DNA of 64,000 nucleotides from a virus. Taxonomy: Duplodnaviria > Heunggongvirae > Uroviricota > Caudoviricetes. A program made the position numbers and the translations under genes. Below the pieces are notes generated by a model. That model made no database searches and was not told the origin of the DNA. It worked only from the letters and a program-made list of their open reading frames with translations. The stretch spans positions 172,098 through 236,097 of IMG/VR virus record IMGVR_UViG_3300037400_006466; one strand, 5' to 3'. Positions 45,701 to 53,418 of the stretch are shown in pieces. How positions within the stretch are numbered: the first letter of the stretch is position 1; each line of letters opens with the position of its first letter.

Positions 45701-46209
45701 ACCAGCCTTATGATGACTTTGTAATGTATGTAAGTACTAACGGATATACAGCAGTATCTCCAGAAGAAATGGATTTGACTGGAACTAGATTGGGCTTAGA
45801 TAAAGAAATATTGATACCAACAACTATTGCTAAATTCAGATTCTTTGATATGACAAGCTATCCTACATTTAAAGCTAAAGCTTTCTATGGAAATTATGAA
45901 AATAGATATTACGATTATACCTATTCTACAAATGTTGCAAGAGAAGAATCCTTTAGTAGTTGGCCTTATTTCGGTAGCAATGTTATATCCTTGAGTAGTT
46001 CTGGAAATAAGTTAGATCCTGAAGTTCATGAAATATCTTCATTTAATACTTTTACTGAATCTGTAGATATGGATCATACATACAGTGTAAGCATAAGAGA
46101 CTGCTATGGAATAGAAAGCACAGAAGAAGTAGAAATAGATAGAGCTACATATTTCTTATTCCCAGACAGATACAATATTGAATTTAGAGAGGTTGAACCT
46201 ACAACATGA
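39721..46209 (+). CDS. giant (2162 aa) tail / host-interaction protein with a CotH-kinase-like domain and BspA-type leucine-rich repeats
   Basis: LSVQGTSSADYPRKNYKLKF and KNSFPTRYDSHPGAKWMWLPYDMDTAIG resemble CotH signature blocks. The C-terminal third carries about 22-aa leucine-rich repeats (NAFSGCSLLSELIVPNVEYIGEYALNGT...). Confidence 0.7.
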   Translation: MDTKDKFVTLEGAGLLYNSVKDDIEDLNDSLSALDDRKIGFATVDGEELVLKSSANSETEIARLSGFGGGGGGGPSYMFRVTNTTGFLDTTRKEGSEIVLSFNWSSKYDNQNTGDGEVNVTFKNLPNEKIRQSISQTDAGGNVSIDVSKYMRLGRNDVTVSVIDSYYQKRELNFSINIVSLEISSNFVDTVVYPIDSSNSVLFPYSMSYSGEKIVHFILDGTEIATRSITTTSEVTETLTGLTHGAHELEVYYTAVINDVPVNSKNTLRYSIMYAVSGNTTPIISCPFDDTTVTQYDNVSIPYMVYTNGQETSHVSLYIKGTDSETFTLINELDVRLARQIWTYRAETPGSFTFRIESGTVYKEFTITVRKSDIEISPHEGNLMLHLNPYQRDNSNEETRGTWTQVWDQGQWVATNVNPVFTGFNWKSDGWIKDSNNIDVLRLHSLAKVEIPFDPFDPDNATAIPTNGMTIELEFATSSVMNYNSPVISCMYEGVGFEVTSQEARLSGAGESIGTQFKEDEHVRISFVITRQNPEHMIYIYINGVLSGAKRYSGNFAHLQSSKITLGSQFSTLDLYHIRIYNVSLSHKDIVDNWIADMQDSEQMMTEYFNKLIYDDSGEVSLANISDLPIGLPYLVLETGRLSESKKDKVSTDGYYVNPKDSSRNFTFKNAVLSVQGTSSADYPRKNYKLKFENGLTMNDGEHKSKYALREGSIPVKTFCFKADYASSEGANNVELVRYYCDICPVKTPPQTYDENDTDEEKAAKDKIRQGIDGFPIVVFWDDKVEEPNHKLKFLGKYNFNNDKGTSEVYGFYADDNVHDQSWETKNNDTNKALWKDDNYTDYDSWKNAFESRFPDYGDEEGTKADISGLKALASWIKSTDTNNIIDSVFNQETGETTYSDTGRPIWAVGDSEVVDGKTIWHGAPLSPAVEINGVEYEEDNEEYRLAKFKSQIEDYFDLEDTLFYYLFTEVFLMVDSRVKNSFPTRYDSHPGAKWMWLPYDMDTAIGINNEGQLAFHYSLEDIDWVNENSAMVYNGQHSALWLNVRKCFFNEIKQMYHDLRTGDRKLSYEEIEKRFEDHQKMWPASIYNEDAYQKYIVPVVYEGEDEEYLEMCLGSKAEQRKWWLYNRFKYLDSKYEVGDSATKKITFRAYQPGSFTLTPYSDVYLKIEASHIGSDLVRGQKGIASPVPISFGSANDSVVNIYSADLLMDIGDLSQLRPGFCSISDAVKLQRLKIGGETRNTLFNSLTLGNNTLLTYIDVRNCPNLRGVISAKGCLSLQTALFEGTSITGIELPDGGIVKTLHLPSTITTLEILNQPYISDFQIESYSNIVELNLENAGAAQSNALDTLMQLKKGAFVRITGLDLRFEGGADIKAFLNKTATLRGGYRNDDRILITRDYPYLSGTAYIKDATPQQVETLESYGLTVTYDHFVMIVEFYDEFGRTKLQEQKTYTGNVNYTGSPVAKDPDAQYTYSFGGWSRVPGGDPEPRILNNITDSCSLYMAYNKLIRSYEISFYNEGRLLVRKAVPYGTMPIYDGVTPVYEGVDPDNYGEFTGWTPEPHEVNGTANYFATFRYTGLYTYNYLMKEAASVESDNVTGIAQYAFANHSKLRTATFEAVTRIGNNAFSGCSLLSELIVPNVEYIGEYALNGTRIYNLNFPKVKECYGIYTGAEILDFDIPNLEILRESGFNGNGNTSITSISFPKLTDFTEISYAPSLVSGFKNLSSLQLPVLRRLSGATFGESAMDDFTEINLPSLRTISYFRSQNPIETVDLGPDLQRFPQGGSSYSSTYNKLNSELKTLILRPKRLLTLSQSVSDSYSPFYYCYNTVTIYVDPSLVDQYRNATNWSVMSDRIKPIYEIIAASTLTVTANNVSGRYSTTTLHVHAEGSGEYLGELQPGTMTLDFDCISPDFGINPTENDRTVTVEYTYGGQTVNVSFTQTGCKPNTLVIDTTRNIINTSSYVYEGNLSVIINGSYVTKSSAQILTRGLEKAENQPYDDFVMYVSTNGYTAVSPEEMDLTGTRLGLDKEILIPTTIAKFRFFDMTSYPTFKAKAFYGNYENRYYDYTYSTNVAREESFSSWPYFGSNVISLSSSGNKLDPEVHEISSFNTFTESVDMDHTYSVSIRDCYGIESTEEVEIDRATYFLFPDRYNIEFREVEPTT

Positions 46210-48074
46210 GTGATTATACTACAACAAGACAAGAAATGGGTGATAAGCTTACGAGAGATGCCCTTATACAAGGAAATTTGGATACCTTTATAGAAGATCT
46301 TATAATAGAGCCTCCATATTATTTTTTCTATTATAATAATTCTATACGTGAGCTCCATTTGATAAATTTGAATAAATTATCAGATTCCTCAATAAGTAAT
46401 TGTCAAGCACTGACTAAAATAAACCTTCCAGATTTAGAGGATATAAGTAGTAGTTGCATTAGTGATTTAAACAATCTTGAAATAATAGGAAATGATATTT
46501 CATTGGGCCCAACACTCCCAAAGCTTAAGTATATCAGGAACTCGGGAATTTCTAATATTTCAAAGCTACAAAAATTAAATCTTCCGGAACTAGTATATGC
46601 TAATGGTGGTATTACTAATCTAGGCAGCTTAATTGAACTTAATATGCCAAAACTGGAAGTTTGTAACACTAATTTTAATAGATTATCACGTTTACTTACA
46701 TTAGAACTTCCTAGTATTAAACTTCTTGGTTTACAAACTTATTATAGTCCATATCAAGAAAACTGGAATAGTATGGCTTCCTATACGTTTAGAGATTGCA
46801 TTTTACTTCAAACTATTGATATTTCCTCAGAAACTCTATATTTGATTAATTTAGGAAGAGCTCTTTATAACTATTCTTATTCTATTTCTAGTGGTGCTTC
46901 TATTGTAAATCTAATAATCAGAAGTAAGATAATTCCATATCTACAGGCATTTCAGGTACCAATGCTTAATGTTGATGATGGACAAGAACAATATAAAACA
47001 ATTAATATCAGAGTTCCATTCCATTTGTTGAATGACTATAAGAGTAGTCCTTTCTGGGGAAGTCCCAATTATCTTTCACATTTACTCCCAATAGAAACCG
47101 TAAATACAGAATACAGTAGATCAATAACTATAGCTAATAATGAGATTCCATATTGGGCAACCTCTAATGAAATTACCTGCACACTCAACTGTGACTGGAC
47201 AGATAATGTAACTAATGTCACACATACTGGTGAAGATCTCACCTATACTGTACATAAGAGATTTAATCCTTATCTAAGTTCCACCACAAGAACTGTTACT
47301 TTATCTCAACAATATGGATCTCAGGAATTATCTGCTCAGTATACACAAACACCAATTGATTTTTCTGTTGGTTATAGTGTACCGGATCAGACAACTTGGC
47401 ACTATGTTGGTGAATGGGGAACATTACAGGACCCAAATCCTGCTCTTCAGCCTCTTAAAGAAAATCATGTACTTACATATCATGACAACTATGTATACTT
47501 TACATGCGATGGTTTCCATGACAGTAATATTGAGTTCTATAAAAAAAGAACAGGAATTGATTTATATCACTTAATCAACATGCCAGATGAATGTGACTAT
47601 TTTAAAAATTCAATATGTATTTTCTTCAATGGATATACAACTTTTGATTTTTATATAGTACAGAATGTAGGGTCATATACTTATGGAAATAATATAATGG
47701 TTCTTCCAATTGACCAGTATTATCCGAATCCAAATGAAATTCCACCCCTTTATAGTGATATCAGCAATTCTAGCTCCTATAATGGTGCTTATTATATTCG
47801 TAATAACATCAATGATACAGGTACTTATACTGGTTATGGTCATTATCATAAAAGCACACAAGAGGGAGTTCCTAATTATAATGATGCACTTTCTAGTCCA
47901 TATGATGGAAACTGGCATCATGTACGTTTCACAAATTTAGATGGTGGAGCACATTTTGTAAGAGTAATAGAATATTCTACAAGTCATACACAAGATAAAG
48001 AACTGTATTATTTGAATAGACCTATAATTGCAATAAACAAGAATTATACATATAATCCAACACAGAATGCATAA
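46206..48074 (+). CDS. leucine-rich-repeat (BspA-like) tail-associated protein
   Basis: ATGA overlap with the upstream gene. N-terminal leucine-rich repeats (LNLPELVYANGGITNLGSLIELNMPKLEV...). Confidence 0.7.
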   Translation: MSDYTTTRQEMGDKLTRDALIQGNLDTFIEDLIIEPPYYFFYYNNSIRELHLINLNKLSDSSISNCQALTKINLPDLEDISSSCISDLNNLEIIGNDISLGPTLPKLKYIRNSGISNISKLQKLNLPELVYANGGITNLGSLIELNMPKLEVCNTNFNRLSRLLTLELPSIKLLGLQTYYSPYQENWNSMASYTFRDCILLQTIDISSETLYLINLGRALYNYSYSISSGASIVNLIIRSKIIPYLQAFQVPMLNVDDGQEQYKTINIRVPFHLLNDYKSSPFWGSPNYLSHLLPIETVNTEYSRSITIANNEIPYWATSNEITCTLNCDWTDNVTNVTHTGEDLTYTVHKRFNPYLSSTTRTVTLSQQYGSQELSAQYTQTPIDFSVGYSVPDQTTWHYVGEWGTLQDPNPALQPLKENHVLTYHDNYVYFTCDGFHDSNIEFYKKRTGIDLYHLINMPDECDYFKNSICIFFNGYTTFDFYIVQNVGSYTYGNNIMVLPIDQYYPNPNEIPPLYSDISNSSSYNGAYYIRNNINDTGTYTGYGHYHKSTQEGVPNYNDALSSPYDGNWHHVRFTNLDGGAHFVRVIEYSTSHTQDKELYYLNRPIIAINKNYTYNPTQNA

Positions 48075-48090
48075 AATGGAGTAAAAAAAT

Positions 48091-48315
48091 ATGGCAATTA
48101 AAACTTCTTATTTAGAAATTAATAAAAGACTTTATGTCAAAACCTTTTCTAGTCTTGAAGGATATGGGGTTAAGAGAGATGGAATCATATATTATGAAGC
48201 CGTTGACCCTGAGGAACTTCACAGAGAATACACAGAGGTAAAATTACCTGAGGATATGCTTCCAAAAGAAGAAGATCCTAAACAGGAAGAAGAATCAGAA
48301 CAGATGGTTCAATAA
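48091..48315 (+). CDS. small hypothetical protein
   Basis: Last ORF of the plus-strand block before the terminator. Confidence 0.5.
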   Translation: MAIKTSYLEINKRLYVKTFSSLEGYGVKRDGIIYYEAVDPEELHREYTEVKLPEDMLPKEEDPKQEEESEQMVQ

Positions 48316-48338
48316 TAAAATTTTATATAAAAAAAAAT

Positions 48339-48366
48339 AAGAGAGCCAATTGGCTCTCTTTTTCAT
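48339..48366 (+). terminator. rho-independent terminator of the plus-strand tail-fibre operon
   Basis: Perfect stem agagagcc / ggctctct with loop aatt, then TTTTT. Confidence 0.75.
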
Positions 48367-48521
48367 TTCAATAATAACTTAATACCAGATAATTCTAGAA
48401 ATTTTAAATCACTTAAAATTAAGGCTCGGGTGTTGCTGAAAAAAAAGGAGGCCTCATACAAGGAGGTCTCCTAAATGTAAGAATAAAAGGAGGTTTATGA
48501 TGTCAGAAGAACAACATCTTT

Positions 48522-48605
48522 TGCCCAGAACGGGACTCGAACCCGTACTCCTTTACAGGAAGAAAATTTTAAGTCTTCTGCGGCTACCTATTACGCCATC
48601 TGGGC
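48522..48605 (-). tRNA. trnL: tRNA-Leu (anticodon UAA), class II with a long variable arm
   Basis: Minus-strand read: GCCCAGAtgGCGTAATAGGTAGCCGC... Anticodon stem gaaga / ttttc with loop cTTAAaa. Long variable arm. T-arm acGGGTTCGAGTCCCgt. 7-bp acceptor stem gcccaga / tctgggc. No CCA encoded. Confidence 0.75.
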
Positions 48606-48624
48606 TTTCGTGGGAATCATATCC

Positions 48625-48777
48625 CTATTCGCAACATCCCACAGTGAAGTTGGATATTCCGTTCAAATCCACATATTCATCATTAGTGCCCACACCATAA
48701 AGGTTACCTTCAACCATTGAAAGCACTTTAATCTGAATCCTGACCTTCTTTCCATCTTTAATATAAATCAGCCACAT
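48625..48777 (-). CDS. small ORF (50 aa, beta-rich) not in the track
   Basis: ATG at 48777 preceded by TAGGAGACAGAAAGTT. Fills the gap between the tRNA and the ATPase gene. Confidence 0.45.
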   Translation of the reverse strand: MWLIYIKDGKKVRIQIKVLSMVEGNLYGVGTNDEYVDLNGISNFTVGCCE

Positions 48778-48804
48778 AACTTTCTGTCTCCTATCACTGA
48801 ATTA

Positions 48805-49869
48805 TCAGCAAGCCTTCTGGAACTTGCTCTTGAGATACCACTGGAGAGACCTTGAAAGCTCCTCTCCGGTCTTGGGGTCAACATACTTGCCCTCATTGTT
48901 CTTGGGAGGCTCAACATCCCACTTGGAGTTCTTGGATGATGTGGACTTCTTTGATGCAGAGGCCTTCTTGACTATTCTTGCCTTCCTGACATTCTTGACA
49001 TCCTCTGGGTTCTCAATGACACCCTTCTGAATCTCATCAAGCTCACAAGCCGCCTCAAGCTTTCTGTAGGTGATGTTGAAGTCCTTCCAGTCCTCACCAT
49101 AGACACGCTGAGCATCCACGAACTTCTTGACAAGTCTGATGGAGTAGTTGACCTTGGCCTTTCTGAAAGCATCATGCTCCATCCATCTTCTGATGTCAGT
49201 GTTGAACAGATTGATTACATCCTGAATCTCCTCATCAGAGAGCTCATCAGTGTTGTCATTGAGGTAATCCTCAAGAAGATGGGTTGTGAAAATCATCATA
49301 TCATTGGGCTGAAGGTCAATGGACAACTGCTGAACTCTGTCAAGGAGGGCCTCCTGATGGACAGAGAGCTTCTTGTTACCGAAATCATTGTTACAGATGA
49401 TGATTCCGAATCCGTTGAACTTGAAACCTCTACCGCCATCCTCAGTCATGTAGAAGACCTTTCTGTTGGTCCTTGTATCAGACTTGGTGTCAAAGGCGGC
49501 CTTCATGAGCTCCAGACATCCCTCATCACCGAGACAATCCACATCATCAAGAAGAAGAACATAGGGTCTTCCGCTCTTGTCAGGAGTTGCAGTCTCCTTC
49601 ATGACATGATACATTGACTTGGGAGTGACATGACCAGGAACTCTGACCACACCCGCGATAACCTCATCCTCTTTGAGCTGCTCAAGGAAGGTCTCACAGA
49701 GAGTGGTCTTACCAGTACCAGCCTTACCCTGAATCATAAGACAGTTGCTGAAAAGCTTGTTGTAGTTAATAACTGAGCTCTTAATCATGCTCTTGAATCT
49801 GGAACGCCTTGAAATGACCAATGGAAGCTGAGCTCTTTCTGCTGATGTAAGTAGTGAAATGTTCTTCAT
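48805..49869 (-). CDS. P-loop NTPase (AAA-like or DnaC/IstB-like ATPase) with a basic C-terminal tail
   Basis: Walker A QGKAGTGKTT. Walker B VLLLDDVD. Strong SD AAAGGAGAAAGG. Confidence 0.65.
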   Translation of the reverse strand: MKNISLLTSAERAQLPLVISRRSRFKSMIKSSVINYNKLFSNCLMIQGKAGTGKTTLCETFLEQLKEDEVIAGVVRVPGHVTPKSMYHVMKETATPDKSGRPYVLLLDDVDCLGDEGCLELMKAAFDTKSDTRTNRKVFYMTEDGGRGFKFNGFGIIICNNDFGNKKLSVHQEALLDRVQQLSIDLQPNDMMIFTTHLLEDYLNDNTDELSDEEIQDVINLFNTDIRRWMEHDAFRKAKVNYSIRLVKKFVDAQRVYGEDWKDFNITYRKLEAACELDEIQKGVIENPEDVKNVRKARIVKKASASKKSTSSKNSKWDVEPPKNNEGKYVDPKTGEELSRSLQWYLKSKFQKAC

Positions 49870-49937
49870 AATTCCTTTCTCCTTTTAATCTCTTTTCCTT
49901 ACACTGATATACTACCATATTCAGACTTTTTTGTCAA
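49870..49937 (-). promoter_or_regulatory. sigma-A-like promoter (TTGACA-N17-TAGTAT)
   Basis: Minus-strand read: TTGACAaaaaagtctgaatatggTAGTATatcagtGTAAGGAAaag...AAAGGAGAaaggaattATG. Confidence 0.55.
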
Positions 49938-49960
49938 CACCCATACAACATTTTTTTTCA

Positions 49961-51442
49961 TCAGATAACCTTGATGATTCCCTGATTGGCCTTGAGATAC
50001 TTGTTCCACTCATCCTCACCCATAGGAGGATTGTTGACTGAATAGGAATCTGTGACCTGGATTGAATAGAGATTGACCTTCTCCTTCTTCACAAGGTCAG
50101 CCATATCTGAGAGTCCGAAGTCAAAGAAGTCAGAATAGATTACCACAGTGTCACACTTCTTCTCATTGACAAGATACTGGAGTCCAGGGAGAAGTCTTGT
50201 GCCTCCGCCAAGCTCCACACTCTCTGGAACGTGTCTGAAATCGAACTCCTCAAGCTTTCCTGTATCCCATGTGACTGCGAATGAATCAGGTGCCAGAGAA
50301 CCAGACATTGAACTGAGGGTTGAACAGGCCTTGAGGATTGACTCAGTGGACATTGACCCTGATACATCAATCAGAACACCAAGCTTGGCCTTCTTGAATC
50401 TCTGAACAGTGGACACCGCTGAATACATGATGTTGCTGTTTCCTCTTGAGCCCCTGTTGTAGTGCTTGATGTGGTTAATCTTGTAGGCTGTGGACCTCTT
50501 GATGATATTTGAGAAGAACCTTGAAATCTCCTTGCTGTTGTTGGGGACAATCTGAATCTTCCCTGTGACACCACCGATGTTTCCCACACCGAATCCTCTG
50601 TTTGAGGAAATCTCCACATAATCAACTTCCTGACCCTCATCCTCTGAATTGAGGGATTCCTCAACGCTCTTCTCAGTCTCAGGAGTCTTATCATCAGGGT
50701 TCTCATAGTTCTCTTCTCTGAGAGCCTTTCCTATTTCCTTGTCAAGGTCTGAATCCATGGGGTCAATATCACTGCTGATATCCTTCATCCCATCAGGAAC
50801 ACCTCTTCCTTCCTCATCATCAAGGAAACTGTCAATATCATCAGAGATTCCCGCTGAACCCTTTGAGCTCTTGCCGTTCCCCTTCTGCTGATTCTTGTCT
50901 GACTCACCGTTCTGATTCCCGTTTGCTCTCTGCTCTTTTCTCTCATCAATCTTGTCCTTGAGCTGAGAGATAAGAACCTCATAGTAATCTCTGAATCCAT
51001 CAAGGATTGGAACATCCATGGACTTGTGTGTGAGAATCTTGAAGTTGTTGTCATACATTGTCTTGACATTGGCCAGAGTCAGAAGCTTGGAATTGACTTC
51101 CAAATCCATGCAGATATTGAGGAAGGACATCGGGCCACCGAAGTGTCTGATACCCTTGATATAAGGAATACCATACTTCTCAAATATCCCCTTCACAGAG
51201 ACCATTTCCTGCTTGATATTGACAGAGTTGTGGTTGAAGTATACATGACCTACCTCGTGAAGAAGAACCACCTTCTTGACATCCCTGTCAATGTCTGAGG
51301 CGATGTGAATCTCATCCACAGGGGAACTCTTGTGAGTGTAACCCAACTGTCTGCTTCTGCTCCACATATTCTTGTGGTAATGGACATTGGCCATTGCCAG
51401 ATAACCCATGACCTTCTTCTGTTCTCTTGTGTAGTAGCTCAT
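49961..51442 (-). CDS. metallopeptidase-like (HExxH) plus von Willebrand factor A domain protein, of the kind that partners MoxR
   Basis: N-terminal LLHEVGHVYFNH (HExxH motif). C-terminal VLIDVSGSMSTES (VWA MIDAS DxSxS). Acidic linker between them. Confidence 0.7.
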   Translation of the reverse strand: MSYYTREQKKVMGYLAMANVHYHKNMWSRSRQLGYTHKSSPVDEIHIASDIDRDVKKVVLLHEVGHVYFNHNSVNIKQEMVSVKGIFEKYGIPYIKGIRHFGGPMSFLNICMDLEVNSKLLTLANVKTMYDNNFKILTHKSMDVPILDGFRDYYEVLISQLKDKIDERKEQRANGNQNGESDKNQQKGNGKSSKGSAGISDDIDSFLDDEEGRGVPDGMKDISSDIDPMDSDLDKEIGKALREENYENPDDKTPETEKSVEESLNSEDEGQEVDYVEISSNRGFGVGNIGGVTGKIQIVPNNSKEISRFFSNIIKRSTAYKINHIKHYNRGSRGNSNIMYSAVSTVQRFKKAKLGVLIDVSGSMSTESILKACSTLSSMSGSLAPDSFAVTWDTGKLEEFDFRHVPESVELGGGTRLLPGLQYLVNEKKCDTVVIYSDFFDFGLSDMADLVKKEKVNLYSIQVTDSYSVNNPPMGEDEWNKYLKANQGIIKVI

Positions 51443-51493
51443 GTATCTTCTCCTCTACATATATAATATACCATACATCATAACTTATGTCAA
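51443..51493 (-). promoter_or_regulatory. sigma-A-like promoter (TTGACA-N17-TATATT)
   Basis: Minus-strand read: TTGACAtaagttatgatgtatggTATATTatatatGTAGAGGAGaagatacATG. Confidence 0.55.
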
Positions 51494-51558
51494 TAGCCAT
51501 CAAAGAAAAAGGACACCAGTCAACGAAAGGTGTCCTCAAAGGAGTTAAAGAATATGAC

Positions 51559-52710
51559 TTATGAGAGCTTCTTGATAAGCGTTCTGTTAAGATAATCAAG
51601 AGTCTCACTTGCAGGATACTTGCTGACAATATCACTGAAATACTGGAGGTCAGCACTTGTGGTGTTGCTGAGGGTTGCGTTCCTCACAAGGTCATTCAGA
51701 CCCTTCAGAACATCCTCTGTGAGTCCCATTGAGAGAGCCTCATCCCTGAGGGACCTGAAGGTCTTGACTTCCCTGGATTCCTTTGCAAGGAACTCTGACT
51801 CATTGGCCATGAGGACTGTCCTGATGGCATTGCCCTCTCTTTTCTTGGACATTCCAAGAGTATCTCCCACAATCCTCATCCAGATTGGGTCATTGAATCT
51901 GCTCATGTAGGCCTCTGCGAAAATCATGGAGAACTTGAACACTCTAGGAGAAATGAATCCCAGAAGTCCACCCACTTCCACACTCTCCGTATACTCAGCC
52001 TTTCCAGGTGTGAACTCTGAGAGATTGTCTCCGACCCACTCCTTGAATCTGTTGAAATCATACTTCTTTCTGGAAGGGGCTGTGAGTCCGAGAAACTCAG
52101 GGATATCCTCATAGGAAATCTCATCAATGTCCTCCTCATCCTCAAGGAGCTCCCTGTAGGAGACATCTGTGTTAAGGAGATTGAGAATCATGAACCTGTT
52201 CACAAGAGGAGCAGTCATTTTGAAGGCATTGTTCAGGTCCTCACTGTAATTGCCCGCTGCAATGACCAGTGTGTTCTCAGGAAGTCTCTTTGTGGCCAGA
52301 ACCCTGTCAAAGACCAGTCTGAAAAGAGGCGGCTGAAGAATATCAGTGGTGGCTGAAATCTCATCAATGAACAGAACATTTCTTCTTCCGTTCTGAGCCT
52401 TGTCAGCCAGCTCATGGTACCATGACGGAGCGATTCTCTCCATTCTGTAACCTGTGACCTCATCACCTACTCTGACATCCAGTCCAAGAATATCATCCAC
52501 AGAGTATGTGGAAGGTGTGAGTGTCACAAGATTGTATCCCTTGTACTGTGTCCAGAGATTGACTGTTGAGGTCTTTCCGATTCCAGGATTACTCATGATG
52601 ATTCCTGCGACCCTCTTGGCCTTCTTTCCGTTCCTGATGGCCTCATCAGCCTGCTTATCAATGAGGTCGATGGTCTCCAAAAACTGTCCCATGTACTGAT
52701 TGGTCTTCAT
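51559..52710 (-). CDS. MoxR-like AAA+ ATPase
   Basis: Walker A GIIMSNPGIGKTS. Walker B VLFIDEISATTD. About 380 aa. Sits next to a VWA protein. Confidence 0.75.
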   Translation of the reverse strand: MKTNQYMGQFLETIDLIDKQADEAIRNGKKAKRVAGIIMSNPGIGKTSTVNLWTQYKGYNLVTLTPSTYSVDDILGLDVRVGDEVTGYRMERIAPSWYHELADKAQNGRRNVLFIDEISATTDILQPPLFRLVFDRVLATKRLPENTLVIAAGNYSEDLNNAFKMTAPLVNRFMILNLLNTDVSYRELLEDEEDIDEISYEDIPEFLGLTAPSRKKYDFNRFKEWVGDNLSEFTPGKAEYTESVEVGGLLGFISPRVFKFSMIFAEAYMSRFNDPIWMRIVGDTLGMSKKREGNAIRTVLMANESEFLAKESREVKTFRSLRDEALSMGLTEDVLKGLNDLVRNATLSNTTSADLQYFSDIVSKYPASETLDYLNRTLIKKLS

Positions 52711-52763
52711 AATCTTCTTTCTCCTTACACTGATAATATACCATATAGGGAAAAGTTTGTCAA
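52711..52763 (-). promoter_or_regulatory. sigma-A-like promoter (TTGACA-N17-TATATT) plus GTAAGGAGA
   Basis: Minus-strand read: TTGACAaacttttccctatatggTATATTatcagtGTAAGGAGaaagaagattATG. Confidence 0.55.
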
Positions 52764-52771
52764 CACCCGAT

Positions 52772-52801
52772 TAAAAAAAATCCTGCCTTTACAGCAGGAT
52801 T
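52772..52801 (-). terminator. rho-independent terminator
   Basis: Stem atcctgc / gcaggat with loop ctttaca, then a run of 8 T on the minus strand, downstream of 52821..53366. Confidence 0.6.
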
Positions 52802-52820
52802 GTTTCAGGTGACGGAAGGG

Positions 52821-53366
52821 TCATGCCTTGGCGGCCACAGCCTCCTTGAAGGCATCAACGATAATCTTTGCCTTCACATCATCAACTCCAATCTCCTTGA
52901 GGTATCCCTCGATTGTATCCTCTGTAACACCTACTACCTGAAGAAGATTGACGACAAGATTGACATTGACCTTTGTCTTGGCATTGAAGTCAAGGATGAA
53001 CTGCTTCAGCTCTGTGACAATGGACTCCTTGTCCTTGAGAACAGCCTGTGTGGCAATCTTGACGATGGCCTTGACTGTCTTCATGTCAGCTTCCAACTGA
53101 CATACAAAGATAACCACAGCATAAAGCGCAACATCAACCCAAACTGTAACACTTGGCCAAATTGCTGTAATGACAGGTGTGAACAGTCCAGTAATCTTGA
53201 ATCCTACTGCAGCAGCGCATGAGAGAACCGCAGAAATAAGTCTGATTTCCCAGACCTTGGCCTCGTCCTTTCTGATTTTCTTCTTGTAGAACTCCATCAG
53301 AGTACCGATTCCGAAAGATCCCAATACAACCATCAGAACCTGAATTATGATTCTTGTTACGTTCAT
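52821..53366 (-). CDS. multi-pass membrane protein (holin-like candidate)
   Basis: Three to four predicted hydrophobic helices, then a charged C-terminal tail. Confidence 0.55.
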   Translation of the reverse strand: MNVTRIIIQVLMVVLGSFGIGTLMEFYKKKIRKDEAKVWEIRLISAVLSCAAAVGFKITGLFTPVITAIWPSVTVWVDVALYAVVIFVCQLEADMKTVKAIVKIATQAVLKDKESIVTELKQFILDFNAKTKVNVNLVVNLLQVVGVTEDTIEGYLKEIGVDDVKAKIIVDAFKEAVAAKA

Positions 53367-53418
53367 TTATTTATCTCCTTATGAACATTCTTTATATTGA
53401 TTCCTTATATAATAAGTT

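Noticed and set aside
48497-48700. Plus-strand ORF of 67 aa from the track
   Set aside because: It overlaps the tRNA-Leu gene on the other strand and has no SD. The real gene nearby is the minus-strand small ORF at 48625..48777.
51312-51656. Minus-strand ORF of 114 aa that overlaps the end of the MoxR gene and the VWA gene's upstream region
   Set aside because: It is out of frame with MoxR and spans the promoter and SD of 49961..51442. It has no start signal of its own.
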